Positions 1 to 13,301 of a stretch of DNA of 64,000 nt are shown here, piece after piece. The notes under the pieces were generated by a model. That model worked only from the letters and a program-made list of their open reading frames with translations. It searched no databases and was not told where the DNA came from. The DNA comes from Salpingoeca rosetta. Lineage: Eukaryota; Protista; Choanoflagellata. The stretch lies in assembly GCA_033442325.1 (NCBI GenBank), contig JAWQFM010000028.1, positions 453,450 through 517,449 of the forward strand. Reading direction: 5' to 3'. Position 1 is the stretch's first letter, and every line of letters begins with the position of its first letter. A program made the translations under genes and the position numbers.

Positions 1-625
1 GTGTAGGTGAATGCGTGCGAGTGTATGTGAACGTGTGAGCTTTGTTGGCAAAAGGTGGACCATGATGCAGATACCACAGACACACATACGCACACACAAA
101 CATACAAATACACAAACACGGAAACACAGACACACACACATACAAATACACAAACACGGAAACACAGACACACACACACAGACACACACACAAACAAGCA
201 CACACAGACACACGCAGACACACACACGAACACACACATGCAAACGACACGATGACACACACATACCTCGTCTCTGCTGCAGTTTTCGACGTGCATGATG
301 AGGTAGTAGATGGACTCCATCAGGAGTGCAAAGAACAGCTGCGGTTCTTCAATCGGTGACACCTTAACATACTGATCAATGTCCTGTTATCGATAATGGT
401 GGTGACGATGGCGGTGATGATGATTGCGAGTGTTGAGTTGATTTGCGAGGCATGCGTTGGGCGCAAACTGTACAGGGAACCCATACTATCAGCGAATGCA
501 TTCGTGTGGGTTCCCGCACGTGACACACCCTGAACACTACCCTCATCTCCGCTTTCCAACACCAACACCAACTCGTCCTGTCTGCGCGCGTGCGTGCATG
601 TGCGTGTGCATGTGCCGTGTGTGCA

Positions 626-711
<86 letters not shown>

Positions 712-1868
712 TGAGAGTGCAGCATTTGTAAGCAGCCGTGCGCACCTCTCTGTTGTACGAGTGGATTCTGGCTCAATTCCTCATCACTCTCATCTGTGAC
801 ACAAGCAGTTGGCATCGCAGCCGTGAGTGATGACGCAACAGCCGTGTTAGAGCCATAGACTGCCCCCAAACGAGCGCGCACAACCATGCACATGAAGGTA
901 CAGACACGCGTGCACATGCACGCACGCACACAGAGCACACACACAGAGCACACACACGCACGCACACAGAGCACACACAGAGCACACACACGCACGCACA
1001 CGCACGCACACAGAGCACACAGAGCACACACAGAGCACACACACGCACGCACACGCACGCACACAGAGCACACACACACACACACACACAGACAATCTCG
1101 TACCGGCATCGTCGTCACTGTCGGCAGCAAGACCGAGGACATCGTACACACCGACATGATCATCATCATCATCATTGTCATCACTGGAATCAGACATGGC
1201 ATCCTTGTTCCGTGCCCCGCTGGTCGCTGGCCCATCTCCCACCTCACGGCCATCATCATCGTCGTCATCGTCGCCATCATCGCCATCATCATCATCATCG
1301 TCGTCAAAGCCCTCCAGCAGCAAGACGGGCGCAGACTTGCGCCGGCGAGGACTGGCCACGCTCCCGCTGCCACTGCTGGCATCATCAGCATCATCACCAG
1401 CACCAGCACCATCCCCGTGGGTTTCCGCCACATCTCCATTCCTGCGCGCACGCTCGCTTGAGCGTCGCGCTTTCTTCGTTGGGTTGGCATCGCCGACATC
1501 ACCACCATCATCATCGGCACCATCGTCATCATCGTCACGAATCTCTTGCAATGCGGTTGTGGCATCAGCGCGAGTGCTGCCGTTGGCGTGGTGGGAGGCA
1601 CCAGTCCCGTCTTGTGTGGCATTGGCTGGCGAGTCCTTTACGCTGCTCGTCTTGTTCGTGGCTGGAGGCGAGACGCCTGTTTGAACGCGCTCGCTGTCGC
1701 TGCTCTCGGCAAGCAAAGCGGTGACAGCTGGCACTGGGCTGCGCTTCTGCTGCACCCACTACACGGCCATACAGCCAAGCCACACAGAGACAGAGGCAGA
1801 GAGACAGGGACACAGAGAGAAAAGGAGGCAGAGAGAGAGAGAGACAAAGAGAGACAACACGGACACAT

Positions 1869-1900
<32 letters not shown>

Positions 1901-3014
1901 GGACACACACACACACACACGCAGGTACATGTCAGTTGAGTAAGCCTTGGAACGGGCAGCCGTGCGCACACGTCTCGAATGAGCGAGATGACAAACGCCG
2001 CAGGAATCAACACGATAAAGGCAACAAGCAGCAGCCGTAAGTGATGGACGAACCAGCTCGTTTGCGCTGACGACTGCTTTGATGAATTTAGCCTTGGCGT
2101 CACGCGTCTTTCTCATCCGCCCAGTGTTGATGAAGCTTTCGGCCTGGTCCGAATCAAACGGCAGCGCGGCAGCAGCAGGCACCAACCAACTGTTGGATGC
2201 GTTGCGTCCGGACAATGAAAGCCACAATAATAGCGTGAATGGCTGTGTCCGCTGTGTGAGCAGTAGACACATGCGCAGCCGACAATCGTGCGCAAAACAG
2301 ACAGACAGAGAACAGCACCGCTTTCAAGCACACTTACTGTTTGTTGAGGCCGAGCTGGTTTACAGCCGCATGCAATGTGCCGTTCACGTCCGCATCCACG
2401 CTTTGCACCTAATGGTTGTGTGTGTGCATGTGTGTGTGTTTGAGCGAGTGCGTGCGTGTGTGTGTGTGTGTGCGTGTTTGAGTGAGTGTGTGCGTGTGCG
2501 TGCGTGCGTATGTGTGTGTGCTTGAGCGAGTGTGAGCGAGTGTGTGCGTGTTTTGTGTGTTTGTGTGTGTGGGTGTGTATTCGTGTGTGTTCGTGTGTGT
2601 TCGTGTATGTTTTGTGAACAAGCAGCGCTCTTCATCAGAGCCGAAATCACCACTCACCCACATGCGCACCCTAACATACCTGGCATGGCCACCAGATGGA
2701 GCGATGAGGCTTCACCCACACCTGCCACCAAAACCGTTCAGCAGTGCTGATGTAATGAGCAAGTGCTGGGTGTTTTGGACCTTGGACATGGAACGCATCG
2801 TGTGCGCTACAACGACAGCGCAACACACACTCTCACACACAACACACATACAACACACCACGTCGTTGGCTGAAACGGTGAACGTGGTGTTTGGCACCAC
2901 AGCAGCCGTGTCATCATCATCATCAGCAGCAGCAGCAGTGGCAGCAACAGCAGTGGCAGCAGCGCGCTTGGCGCCTTTGCGCTGCTGCGCCTTTTTCTTC
3001 CTTGTGGATGGCAT
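1..3014 (-). CDS. Multi-exon hypothetical protein with basic N-terminus and long acidic low-complexity region; probably continues beyond the left edge
   Basis: ATG at 3014 ([16 protein letters not shown]...). GT-AG bounded protein-like exons include ~2722-2806 ([22 protein letters not shown]), ~1102-1755 (Asp/Ser-rich) and ~266-382 ([31 protein letters not shown]). No family motif recognised; exon structure partly ambiguous. Confidence 0.5.
621..710. repeat. (TG)n/(CA)n microsatellite, representative of dozens across the window, almost all intronic
   Basis: Perfect or near-perfect dinucleotide runs, also at e.g. 6969-7052, 9385-9460, 23773-23946, 31686-31760, 59981-60059, 62551-62630. Confidence 0.95.
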
Positions 3015-3066
3015 TGGTGATAATTTGTGAATGATTTTAAACAACATTCGCGGCACAAACACGACG
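3015..3066. promoter_or_regulatory. Putative extremely compact bidirectional promoter region
   Basis: Only 52 nt, relatively AT-rich, between the divergent ATGs at 3014 (-) and 3067 (+). Confidence 0.45.
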
Positions 3067-4156
3067 ATGGAGGACAGCCAGCGTCATCCAAGACGCTCAA
3101 CGAGGCTGCGAGCAGCAGCAGAAGCAGCAGCAGCAACAGCTGCCAAGAAGAGCACTGATGTGCCTGCCCGGGCCACTTCACAACGAGTGCAGCCCAAGAA
3201 AAGTGTGCGAGGGAGAGGAAAGACCTCGAGACAAGGGAAGCGCAGGAAGGATCAGACAGAGGAAGATGGCAAGAGGCAAGGAAACACACCCTCCAAGACC
3301 ACCAGCAAGAGGAGCAAGTCGATGGCCACGCATTCATCAACCATTGGCGACCCTTTGGAAGAGGACGACGGCAAACAAGTGAGTGCACAAGTGTGGATGT
3401 GTGGATGTGTGTGTGTATGTGTGTGTGGCAGCATGCGTTGATGAGGTTTATCTTTCTCTTGCCATGCACACACATCGCACGTCGCGCACGCATGCCATCA
3501 TGACTTGCCTTGGTTTGCAGAGGTGCTGGAGTTCGTGGTCCAGCTTGTCACGACATTACCATGACAACGTGTGGGGTCGACCCGTCACTGACGATAGCCG
3601 CGAACTCTTTGCCTGGCTCTGTCTTGAGGTGTGCGCGCGTATGTATGTGTATATGTGTTTTTGTGTTTGTGCGTGTGTGTGTATGTGTGTATATGTGTAT
3701 GTGTGTTTTTTTTTTTTGTATGTGTGCATGTGTATATGTGTGCGTGTGTGTATCCTCGTGTGAACGACTCTGCATCTGTCTATGATTGTGTGGGATGGCA
3801 TCCTTTCCTGTGAACTCGCACCAAGCCTACACCGCCTCCCCAGCCTACATCCAGCTCGTGCACGAAAAACTCTCAAGCCACGCTGCGTGCGGTTGCTGGT
3901 ACACAGATGATGGCCTGTGGGTTAACGTGGAGGACAGTGCTCACCAAAGAAGCAGGGCTACGGGATGCGTTTCTCAACTTTGATATTCACCACTGCGCAT
4001 CCCTTTCAGACGTGCGTGTGCATGTGCATGATGTACATGTGCGTTAGAACTGCACTTGCGTCTCTGCAAAGCACACTCTGTCAACTTCCCGTTCACGTGT
4101 GTCTGTGTGACTGTCTCACGTGTCTCCCTCTGTCTGTCTGTCTGTCTGTCTCTCCC

Positions 4157-4206
<50 letters not shown>

Positions 4207-4708
4207 GCTCTCTCTCTCTCTTTCTCCCTCTCGCTCTCTCTCTTTCTGTCTCTCGCTCTCTCTCACTCTCTTTCTCTCTCCCTCTCTCACTCTGTCTCAC
4301 TCTCAGGCTGCCATTTCGAAGTTGTTGGAGGACGAGCGAATCATCCGCAATCGCGCGAAAGTGCACGCCATTCGACACAATGCAAAGTACGCCGGCGAGC
4401 GGCGCTGCTGCAAGTTGCCTGATTCCTGTGAACACACACGCACATACATGACATCACCCACGCTGTTTGTTTGCTGGTTGTTGTTGTTTGGCTGCAGTCT
4501 CGCGTGCTTGGCATCGTTTACGTCTCATTCCACTTTGCCGACTTGCTGCGCTTCAGGCTCGTGCGTGAAATGGAGCAGCAGCGCGCAGGTGTGCATGTGT
4601 ACATGTTGTTGTGTGTGCTTTGTGAATGCGTTTGTGGTTGCGTGTGGTGTGTTCAAAGTGGAGTCGCGCATGTGAACCTGATACACACACAAACACACAC
4701 AAACGCAT

Positions 4709-4754
<46 letters not shown>

Positions 4755-5650
4755 GCGTGCATGGTTGTGACAACTCACCAACAGCGACTGCCTTAGAGCT
4801 ATCACGCGCTCATACAACCCATGTTTTACGCATTTGTTTCGCACCAAGGCTCGTTCAGCGACTACGTGTGGAGGTTCAAACCAGCACATGACAAAGAGCG
4901 GCTTCTCGCGTCGGGGCAGCTCCTCAGCTCCCATATGCGCACCGACTTCAAGACCAAGGCGGCGGTGCGTTGATGTCGTTCTTGTGATCGTGCGTGGTGC
5001 CAGGGAGTGAGTGAGTGAGTGAGTGTGTGAGTGTGTGAGTGAGTGAGTGAGTGTGTGAGTGAGTGAGTGAGTGAGGGAGGGAGGGAGGGAGGGAGTGAGT
5101 GAGTGTGTGAGTGTGTGTGAGTGAGTGAGTGTGTGTGTGGTGTCAGTGTGAGTGAGTGTGTGTGTGGTGTCAGTGTGAGTGAGTGAGAGTGTGGTGCCAG
5201 CGTGAGTGAGTGAGTGTTCGTACATGTGCGAGAGTGAGTGAGTGTCAGAGTGAGTGTGTGCACGCGCGTGTAAATGTGTGTGCGGTATTGTGTCAAAGTA
5301 ATGTATGTGATGCAACACCAATGCCTCTGCTGCAGTCGTTGGTGTGCAGGCCAAAGCTCCATGTTATACCCCGCCAGCAACAGCTTCTGGTTGTTTGCAC
5401 AAGCTCATTCCCTTATTTAATTTTTTTTGTTGTTGTTGTCGCTTGCGCAGGATCGCGAGGAGAGCGACGGTGTGCACCCAACCGTGACGGTGGCTGAGTT
5501 TACAAAGAACTTGCGCAAGCGCGGGTTCAAGTTTGTTGGCGAGACCACGGTGCTCTCCTTCATGCAAGCCGTGGGCATGGTAAACCATCATGCACACACT
5601 TGCTTCGCCTTTCAGGAAATTGAGGCGCTACACGCTCTTGGCACCCCATG
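3067..5650 (+). CDS. tag: DNA-3-methyladenine glycosylase I (Tag family) with basic N-terminal extension
   Basis: Exons 3067-3378, 3521-3628, 3907-4011, 4307-4386, 4557-4588, 4849-4964, 5451-5650 join in frame. Tag motifs: RCW...HYHDNVWGRP, LFAWLCLE-MMACGLTWRTVL, IIRNRAKV, GSFSDYVWRF, LRKRGFKFVGETTVLSFMQAVGMVNHHAHTC (Zn ligands C, H, H, C present). Confidence 0.93.
5005..5260. repeat. (TGAG)n/(GAGTGT)n intronic simple repeat
   Basis: Long degenerate gtgagtgagt run inside the last tag intron. Confidence 0.8.
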
Positions 5651-5964
5651 ACGAGAGAGCACGCGTGTGTTTGTTGGTGCGTGTGGGTGGTGAGAAAGAG
5701 GGAAGGAGACAACACAGAGAGAACGAAAGAGAGAGAGAATGAGTGTGTGGGTGTGAGTTTCGCTGCGGCTGTTGTGTTCGGCGCTGCTGCGGCGTGCTCA
5801 CTGACCTGCCGACTTTTCCTAAATGACTTCAGTAAATAATCTGCAACAGCCATCTTTTTGCCTGGCTGGCTGGCATCGCATTTGACGAGACAACTTGCTT
5901 GCGTGCTTCACCTGTTGTGCGCGCTCCTTCCCACCTCGCCACCACCCTGCCAACCGTCGACACG

Positions 5965-6966
5965 ATGATGAGCATCGACTACCAGCTCACCGGCATCTTG
6001 CTGGCAATGCTGCTGACTGTTCGCTACTTTGTCGAGCGGAACAAGGATCGATACCCAGCAGCCATCAACTTCTTCAAAGGTGGGCAGAGATCGCATCGCA
6101 CGTGATGTGTGCGTGTGTGTGAGCAAGCGTGCACGTGTGGCCTTTTTGGTTGGGAGTGCACGGGGCGAGTCACTTGTGTGGGGGTGTGGGTGTTGCGGGT
6201 GCACGTGTTTCTGTCAGGGAATGGTTGTTGGGGTGCGCGTTCTGTTCTGCCCTTGATCACTCTGCACCCTCCTCTCGCCCTTTGCCAATCCGAAATCGTT
6301 CCTGACACACAACCCATCACCTCGCCTGACACCGTCATTTTTGACTGCCAATTGTGCCACATCCTTGTGCCCGTCCAGTGTTCTGGTTCCTCGGCTGCTC
6401 CATCAACGAGTACCTGATCCTGTTCAAGCAGCCTTTCAAGCCACCGTTCTTTGGCGGCGAGTACTCCGTGGACGGATACCAACACGACGATGTCGTCAAC
6501 TCCATCTATGCGGTATGTTCAGCGCAGGCGGTCATCCTTTTTTCGACGGCTGTTCCACCCAAGCGCAATTTCACGCGAGAGCAACCCCATTTAGGCACTT
6601 GGCCCAAGAGCAGGCTGCCATTGCACTTGTCCACGCCCTCGGCACTCCACCCTCAGCTCACCTCGCTGTCTTCTGCATCTGCATCTTGGCACACATACTC
6701 ACGACGTCTGCTGGCTCCCACCCCACCTTCTTAAATCTTCAACGTTCACGTCATGTTGTGGTCATTTGCAGAGTGGCCTCGCATTTCACCTGCACAACAC
6801 CATCACATCCTTCTTCGTGCCCGAGACGCGGGCCATGTACATTCATCACGTGGTCACCCTGTCCCTGATCCTGGGGTCGGCCTACCACGGCGCCACCTGC
6901 ATGGGCAGCTTTGTCCTCTTTGTGCACAACGTTCCAGATGTCTTCATCGCGTTGGCAAAAGGTGAG

Positions 6967-7056
<90 letters not shown>

Positions 7057-8309
7057 ATGTGCGTGCGTCTGTGTGTGTATCTGCGTGTGTCAATGTGTGT
7101 GTGTTAATGCGTCTGTGTGTGTATCTGCGTGGTCGCCTTCCGTGCGACTTTGTTGCGGTGTTGAACCTTCACACTCTTGCGCCCTTGTCACATATACACC
7201 AAGCTCACCTTCTCCACCCCGATTCCCCGCTTCATCTTCCCGCCAAACACCACCAGCGTCGACCAAGTTTGACAGCAAGATCTTCACGTACGCGTCTGGC
7301 ATCCTCGCCCTCGTCTCCTGGCCCATCTTCCGCCTCTACTTTCTCGGACACGTGAGCAGACCACTTTGCTTGTTTGCTTGTTTGCTTGTCTGTGTGTGTG
7401 TGTGTGTTGTGTTCGTCTGTGTGTTTGTGTGTGTGTGTGTGTGTGTGCGTTTGTGTGTGTGTGTGTGTCGTGTGTGTGTGTGCGTCGGGGGGATTATTCT
7501 GGGGTCAACAATGTGGGTGTAATAAAGGCGTCGGAGGGATTATCTGGGTGGTCGCCTTCCGTACGACTTTGTTGCGGTGATAACCTCCATACTCTTGCGT
7601 CCTTATAACATAAACAACAAGCTCACCTTCTCCACGCCGATTCCCCGCTTCTTCTTCCCGCCAAACACCACCAGCGTCGAACAAGTTTAACAGCAAGATC
7701 TTGAAGTACTCGTCCGGCATCGTCGCCGTCTTCTCGTGGCTCTTCTTCCTCCTCTATTTTCTAGAAGACGGGAGCAGACCACTCTGCTTGTTTGCTTGTT
7801 TGCTCGGCTGGGGTGTGTGTTTTGTAGTGTTCGTTGTTGTGTTGGTGGGTGTGGTGTGTGTGTGCGTTGTGTGTGTGTGTGTGTCTGTGTGTGTGTGCGT
7901 CTGTGTGTGTGTGTCTGTGTGTGTGTGTCTGTGTGTGTGTGTCTGTGTGTGTGTCTGTGTGTCTCTGCCTCTCCTGGCTGCCGCTTTGTGTGCTTGATCC
8001 ACGTGCACTTACACGCATCTTCACCTTCCTCTCTTCTCCATACCCCCTCTGCTGTGCACCTTCCACATCCATCCGCGCAAACCCTTCCCCCCCCTTCTCC
8101 GCGATTAACCACACCGATCTTGCTGCTGTTGCTGCCGCATCGCGGGGTAGATTGCCATCTTCACCTACTACAACTTCCACACCACGCCCGCTGCTCTGCG
8201 CGTGTATGTTGGCCTGCTGTGCGCGCTGCTGGCTCTTCATCTCTACTGGTATGCCCTTCTCGTCAAGATCTTCCTCAGCTTCAAGGCGTCCGGCGAGGTG
8301 CGTGCCCCA

Positions 8310-8351
<42 letters not shown>

Positions 8352-8617
8352 GTGTGTGTGTCTGTGCGTGTGTGTGTGCGTACGTCTGTATATGTGTGGC
8401 TGTGTGTGCGTGCGCGCCTTGTTCGTGTGTGTCTATGCTCTGCATCTTCCTGCGATTTCTCCCAAACACACCCACTTTTGCACATACACACGCGCGCGCG
8501 CGCGGCACGCACACACACGCGCAGGCGCTGGACACGAGCGAGCACGTATCGCAGCAGCACCTGCAAAGCACAATGAAGGACAAGACGAGCAAGAAGAAGA
8601 AGAAGAAGACGACATAA
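5965..8617 (+). CDS. TLC-domain (TRAM/LAG1/CLN8) ceramide-synthase-like membrane protein
   Basis: Exons ~5965-6079, 6380-6512, ~6770-6961, 7257-7351, 8151-8297, 8525-8617. Lag1-like motif MYIHHVVTLSLILGSAY...GSFVLFVHNVPDVFIALAK, then WPIFRLY and LLALHLYWYALLVK. C-terminal KKKKKKTT is a dilysine ER-retrieval signal. Confidence 0.85.
7541..7805 (+). repeat. Degenerate tandem duplicate of exon 4 plus flanks of the TLC gene (pseudo-exon 7675-7769)
   Basis: ~7122-7386 is repeated at ~7541-7805 (period ~419 nt). The copy keeps the CAG acceptor but the donor GTGAGC has become GGGAGC. Confidence 0.85.
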
Positions 8618-9379
8618 TCCCGCGCCCCTCCGTTCTTCAGCAGCATTCGACAGCAGCAACGCGCTCCGACAACAACAGACGTACACGGGCACACATGCAA
8701 CCTCAAAGTGCATGCACTCACGCACACGCGTGTGTCTCAACATCACATGCATATACACACACTCGCATGCGTACATATGCGTACACATGCGTGCCCCCAT
8801 CTCTCCCATCCGAGTGCAATGACCAAGCGTTTTTGTGTCCGTGCACCGTCTCAAACACAGCATGCTTCGCGCTCCCATCACATCATCCCACACTGTGCCG
8901 TGTTCTATTTAACGTCTGTGACGTATGTACCGTTTGCATGAATGAATGAACCCCTGTGCGTGCGTGTGTGTATGTATGTATGCGTGTGCGTGCGTGTGTG
9001 TATGTGTGTGTGTGTGTGCATGCGCGTGCGACTTCTTGTATGCGACTTTTTTGTTTTGTGTGTGTGCTTGTGTACGTCTTCACTTTGGTGTGTATGCGAC
9101 TCCTCGTGTGTTTTGTGTGGTGTGCTTGTACATCCTTGTTGCCTGTGTGCTGCGCGCGATACGTTAGCACATTGCATCTGTTGTTCGCCCTTGTCTCTGT
9201 GCCTCGCTCTCTGTCTCTTTACTTGCTTGTTCGGTGTACATGAAAAGGATAACAAAGCAAAGCACCATCGCAAGCAGCGAGCATCATCACCAGGAGAATA
9301 GAAGGAAGAAGGAAAGGAAGACATCGCCATTGCATACGATACCGTGCCCAAAACTGAAAAGTTCAAGTGTCAAGTGTCG

Positions 9380-9462
<83 letters not shown>

Positions 9463-9468
9463 TGCTGT

Positions 9469-12400
9469 CTACGCTGCACCCCAGGCGCCACCAACACCAA
9501 CACTGCCTTTGTTCGCCATTGTGCTGCTGCCCAACACCACACCACCATCACCTTCATCACCACCATCACCACCATCACCACCATCACCGCCATCACCGCC
9601 GCTGCTTGCATCGTGGCGGTGTGTGAACGACGCAAGCGCACTCTCCACGCGCGCATGTGCGGCTGCAAGCTCCCGTGCACTCGCCCTCGCTGTTGCTGCA
9701 AGCGTTGCAGACGACAACGTTGATGGCGGAGGCACTGCTGTTGCTGCTGTTGCTGTTGTGGCTGTTGTTGACGGTGCATCTGTGGTTGAGGATGGTAATA
9801 ACGGCGGGTGTGCGGTGCGAGGGGCAAATCGACTGCGCTTTGCGTTTGGTGTGCTCGTGTTCTGCACACCAATGCCATCATCGCCGCCACCAAAACCAAA
9901 ACCATCCCCATCACCATCACCAGCGCGATTGGAGGTGTGCGCAAACTCAACCGACTCGTCAATGGGTTCGTACAGTGATCCCACCATGTCCTGTCGCCGC
10001 AGGTGGCTCAGATCCTCATCACCACCACCATCACCATCACCATGGGCGTTGTCGTCGGTAGCACTTGGATACGGGTGTCTGGTCGACGCTGCACGTGTTT
10101 GCTTGTTGTGCTTCGTGGCCAGCGCACCCGTCCCAGGCTCGCCGGCGTGATGTCGATACGGCGGGTGTGCCATGCTGCCAGGGCCGCCAACGCCAGCACC
10201 ACCGCTGTACCCATGCCACCTGCTGCCATCACCATATGCTCCACCGCGACGCTGCTGCTGCTGCTGCTGCTGCTGTTGTTGTTCGGCGACGTGACCCGTG
10301 GTGCGCATGGCAATCTTGTCCTTGCCATAGCCATTCGTGTTGGCGTTGCTGCTGTTGCCACTGTTAGTGCTGTCGTGGTTCAGCAAGCTGCCGTCATGCG
10401 AGTGTTCAACAGAGGACAGTTCGTCCGGCTGCTGCCGGCTGCGCAGGAAGGACTCGCGCATGCGGTCGATGGTCGATTGCGAAACACCAGGACTCACAGA
10501 TTCAGAAAGGTTTGACAGGCTATCCATGCTCAAGCGGCTCATTGCGTCATCGTTGTCGTCGTGGGCGCTGTCGCTGGGTCGTTGCAACAGCCACCCTCGC
10601 CCCATCCCCAGACGCGGCTGTGTAGATGCACGCGCGTGCATGTAAGGGTGATGATGATTATGATGATGATGGCTATCATCGATCCCACTGCCGCCGCTCT
10701 CGTTGCTGTCGTGTCGCTGCTGGTGGTGGTGGCGGTGATGGTGGTGATCATCATCGTGGTCGTGCCTTCTTCGAGGCATCCACCCGTATCTGCCAGCTGC
10801 TCCTTCGTCGTCGTCGATGCTTCCGCTATGCTCACGACCACCACCACCACCACCACGCCTGCTTTGTCCTTTCCTGGTGCTGTTTGGTTTGTGCTGCTGG
10901 GAGCGGGTGGCAACGTCCCTGCCGAGTATCGTGGCAATACGTGATACAAGCGTGGTTGGTGAAGGGGTGAGGAAGAGGAGCGGATATGTATTGTGTGCAT
11001 GTGTTCGCGCGTATGAGCAAGTGAGTGAGGGAGAGAGTGTAAGTTCGGGAAACCGAAGGCTGCAGAAGGAAGATACAGACAAGCCGTCGCGCGCACTCAC
11101 ACACACACACACACTCATGTGCACACACACACACACACACTCACTCACTCATGTACACACTCACTCACAGACAGCACACACACACAACAATCACACGTAC
11201 GCAGCTTCAAACACACCGTTGCATCCAGTCTGAGAGGTGCACCATCTTGTCTGCGAGTTGACGCTGCTCTGAGACGAGCGAGCGCACGTGCTGCTCTTGT
11301 GACGACAGCTGTCGCTGTAGTTGCGTGGTGGTGCGCAGCGCCTCTTGGGTATCCAGGCCCGTGGACGACAGGTCTGCTTGCAGCCGCAGAACCACGCCCT
11401 TCAAGGCCGCAAACTCTTGCGTAATGTGATCCACGTCACGCTGGCAGCTCTGCGATTGGACAGTGAGAAATGCACAGTGATATAAAGAAGGGGGGGGGGG
11501 GTTGTTAAAACGGCACATGTGCGGGGTGGGCGATGTGAACCATGTGGAGGTGTGTGTGTGTGTGTGTGTTGTGTGTGTGTGTGTCGATGTGTGCGTGCGT
11601 TGCGTGCGTGCGTGTGTGTGTCTATGTGTGCCTAGGCTCGCCTGTTCAAGAGAAGTTGAGAGGCACCATCAACGCATCAACATGAGCAATTCCCGTCCAT
11701 GCGCCCATCAATCCAACCAACCAAGCCATCAATCCAACCAACCGACCGACCTGACCAATGGCGCGCACTTCGGAGGAGAGCTTGGAGAGTGTGCGTGCAT
11801 CCGTCTCGCTGTCCAGCGCGTGCATGTGTTCCTGTCGATGGCGGCTCTCAAGCGCTTGTAATCGTGACATGATCGCCCGGTCCATCTGCAGTTCGGAAAC
11901 ACGTGCATCGTGTGAGTGTAATAAAGAGCGTATGTATGAGTGTGGTATGCGCGTGAGTGCATATGCATCCATGTGACAGCAACGGCATTGAGAGCAACAC
12001 TTGCACACACACACAAACGCACACACACATACACACATACACGCACGCACGCATGCACACGCACACGTACCACCACCACCACTAACAGCAGCACCACCAG
12101 CACACCCGACAAAGCGCGCGTTCACATGAACAAATAAGGAAACCGCGCATATCATGTTGGCACCTGTTCCAGTTTGCGTTCCGTCTGGAGATCCACGCCG
12201 CGCTGCTTCAAACGCTGCTCGAGATGGTCGATTCGGTCTGGCATCGCAGCAGCATTGGAATGATGCGTGAGAACACCCGCAGACGCTCAGTGGCACTGCA
12301 GCTGCCACAATTTGTTCCCACACAACGGGCACACACACAAGCGCGCGCACACACACACACACACACATGCACGCACGCACACACGCACACAAGTGCATTC

Positions 12401-12722
12401 CTTCATCCATGCACATGTGTGCTTCTCAAGTGGACACACGCAGACACACACACACACATTCATACACACACATACATACACACACATGCATACACACACA
12501 TACGCAGTACCTTCAAGGGCTTCCTTGTCCTTGACGGATTGCTGTTGAAATTCTTTGAACATGCCCACAACTTGGTCCAGCGCCTTTGGGAGATGCAGGG
12601 AGTAAATTCACAGGTCTGTCAGTGTCCGAAGAAACATTGGCAGTGCAACTTCCATCGAAACACCACACCCAGCTGTCACTTCACGTAACTGCACACATAA
12701 CATGCCTCCAAACACACACACA

Positions 12723-12758
<36 letters not shown>

Positions 12759-13301
12759 CCACCACAGCACAGCACACTCCCACCTGTTCAGTTTTGACGA
12801 GGCGATCCACGAGCGAAGAAGCCGTAGTGGGCACGGCGGCGGCGCTTCTGGCACTGTGCAGTGCCGATGGCACAATATACGAGCTGCCACTTGTCGCTGT
12901 GGATGATTGCGCTGTCCTCCGTGCTTCTGCGAGCCCTGCAGTGCCAGCTGGCCGCGGCTGCGACGCGAGCTGCCGCATCTTGGCGATGCTGGACGTATCT
13001 CGTTGTGAATGGCCATCCTGCAAGGTCTGGCAGGGGTGAAGCACACAAGCGAAGCATCAGCGTGGCCGTGTGCGTCAGGGTCCCTCAAAAGCCAAAATCA
13101 CCGCAACAGGCAGCCAGCCCAAACAAACCACCCCCAGCACTGAAGAAGATGACGTACCGAGATGCGACTTAGATTTCGCTGAACCTTGCACAACAACGTC
13201 TGAATGCTTGTGCTCGTGTTGGTGCCTGCGCGGCGAGCACTGCCGGGCCCACTGCGACCGCTTCCCCCTGCCACGTCGCTGCTCATGCTCAAGTCTGCCA
13301 T
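9469..13301 (-). CDS. Hypothetical coiled-coil protein with long low-complexity His/Gly/Gln-rich C-terminus
   Basis: ATG 13301 (MADLSMSSDV...). Heptad-like exons include ALDQVVGMFKEFQQQ, DRIDHLEQRLKQ and ITQEFAALKGVVLRLQADL...QLQRQLSSQEQHVRSL. The terminal ~1.5 kb exon ends at TAG 9469. Confidence 0.65.
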
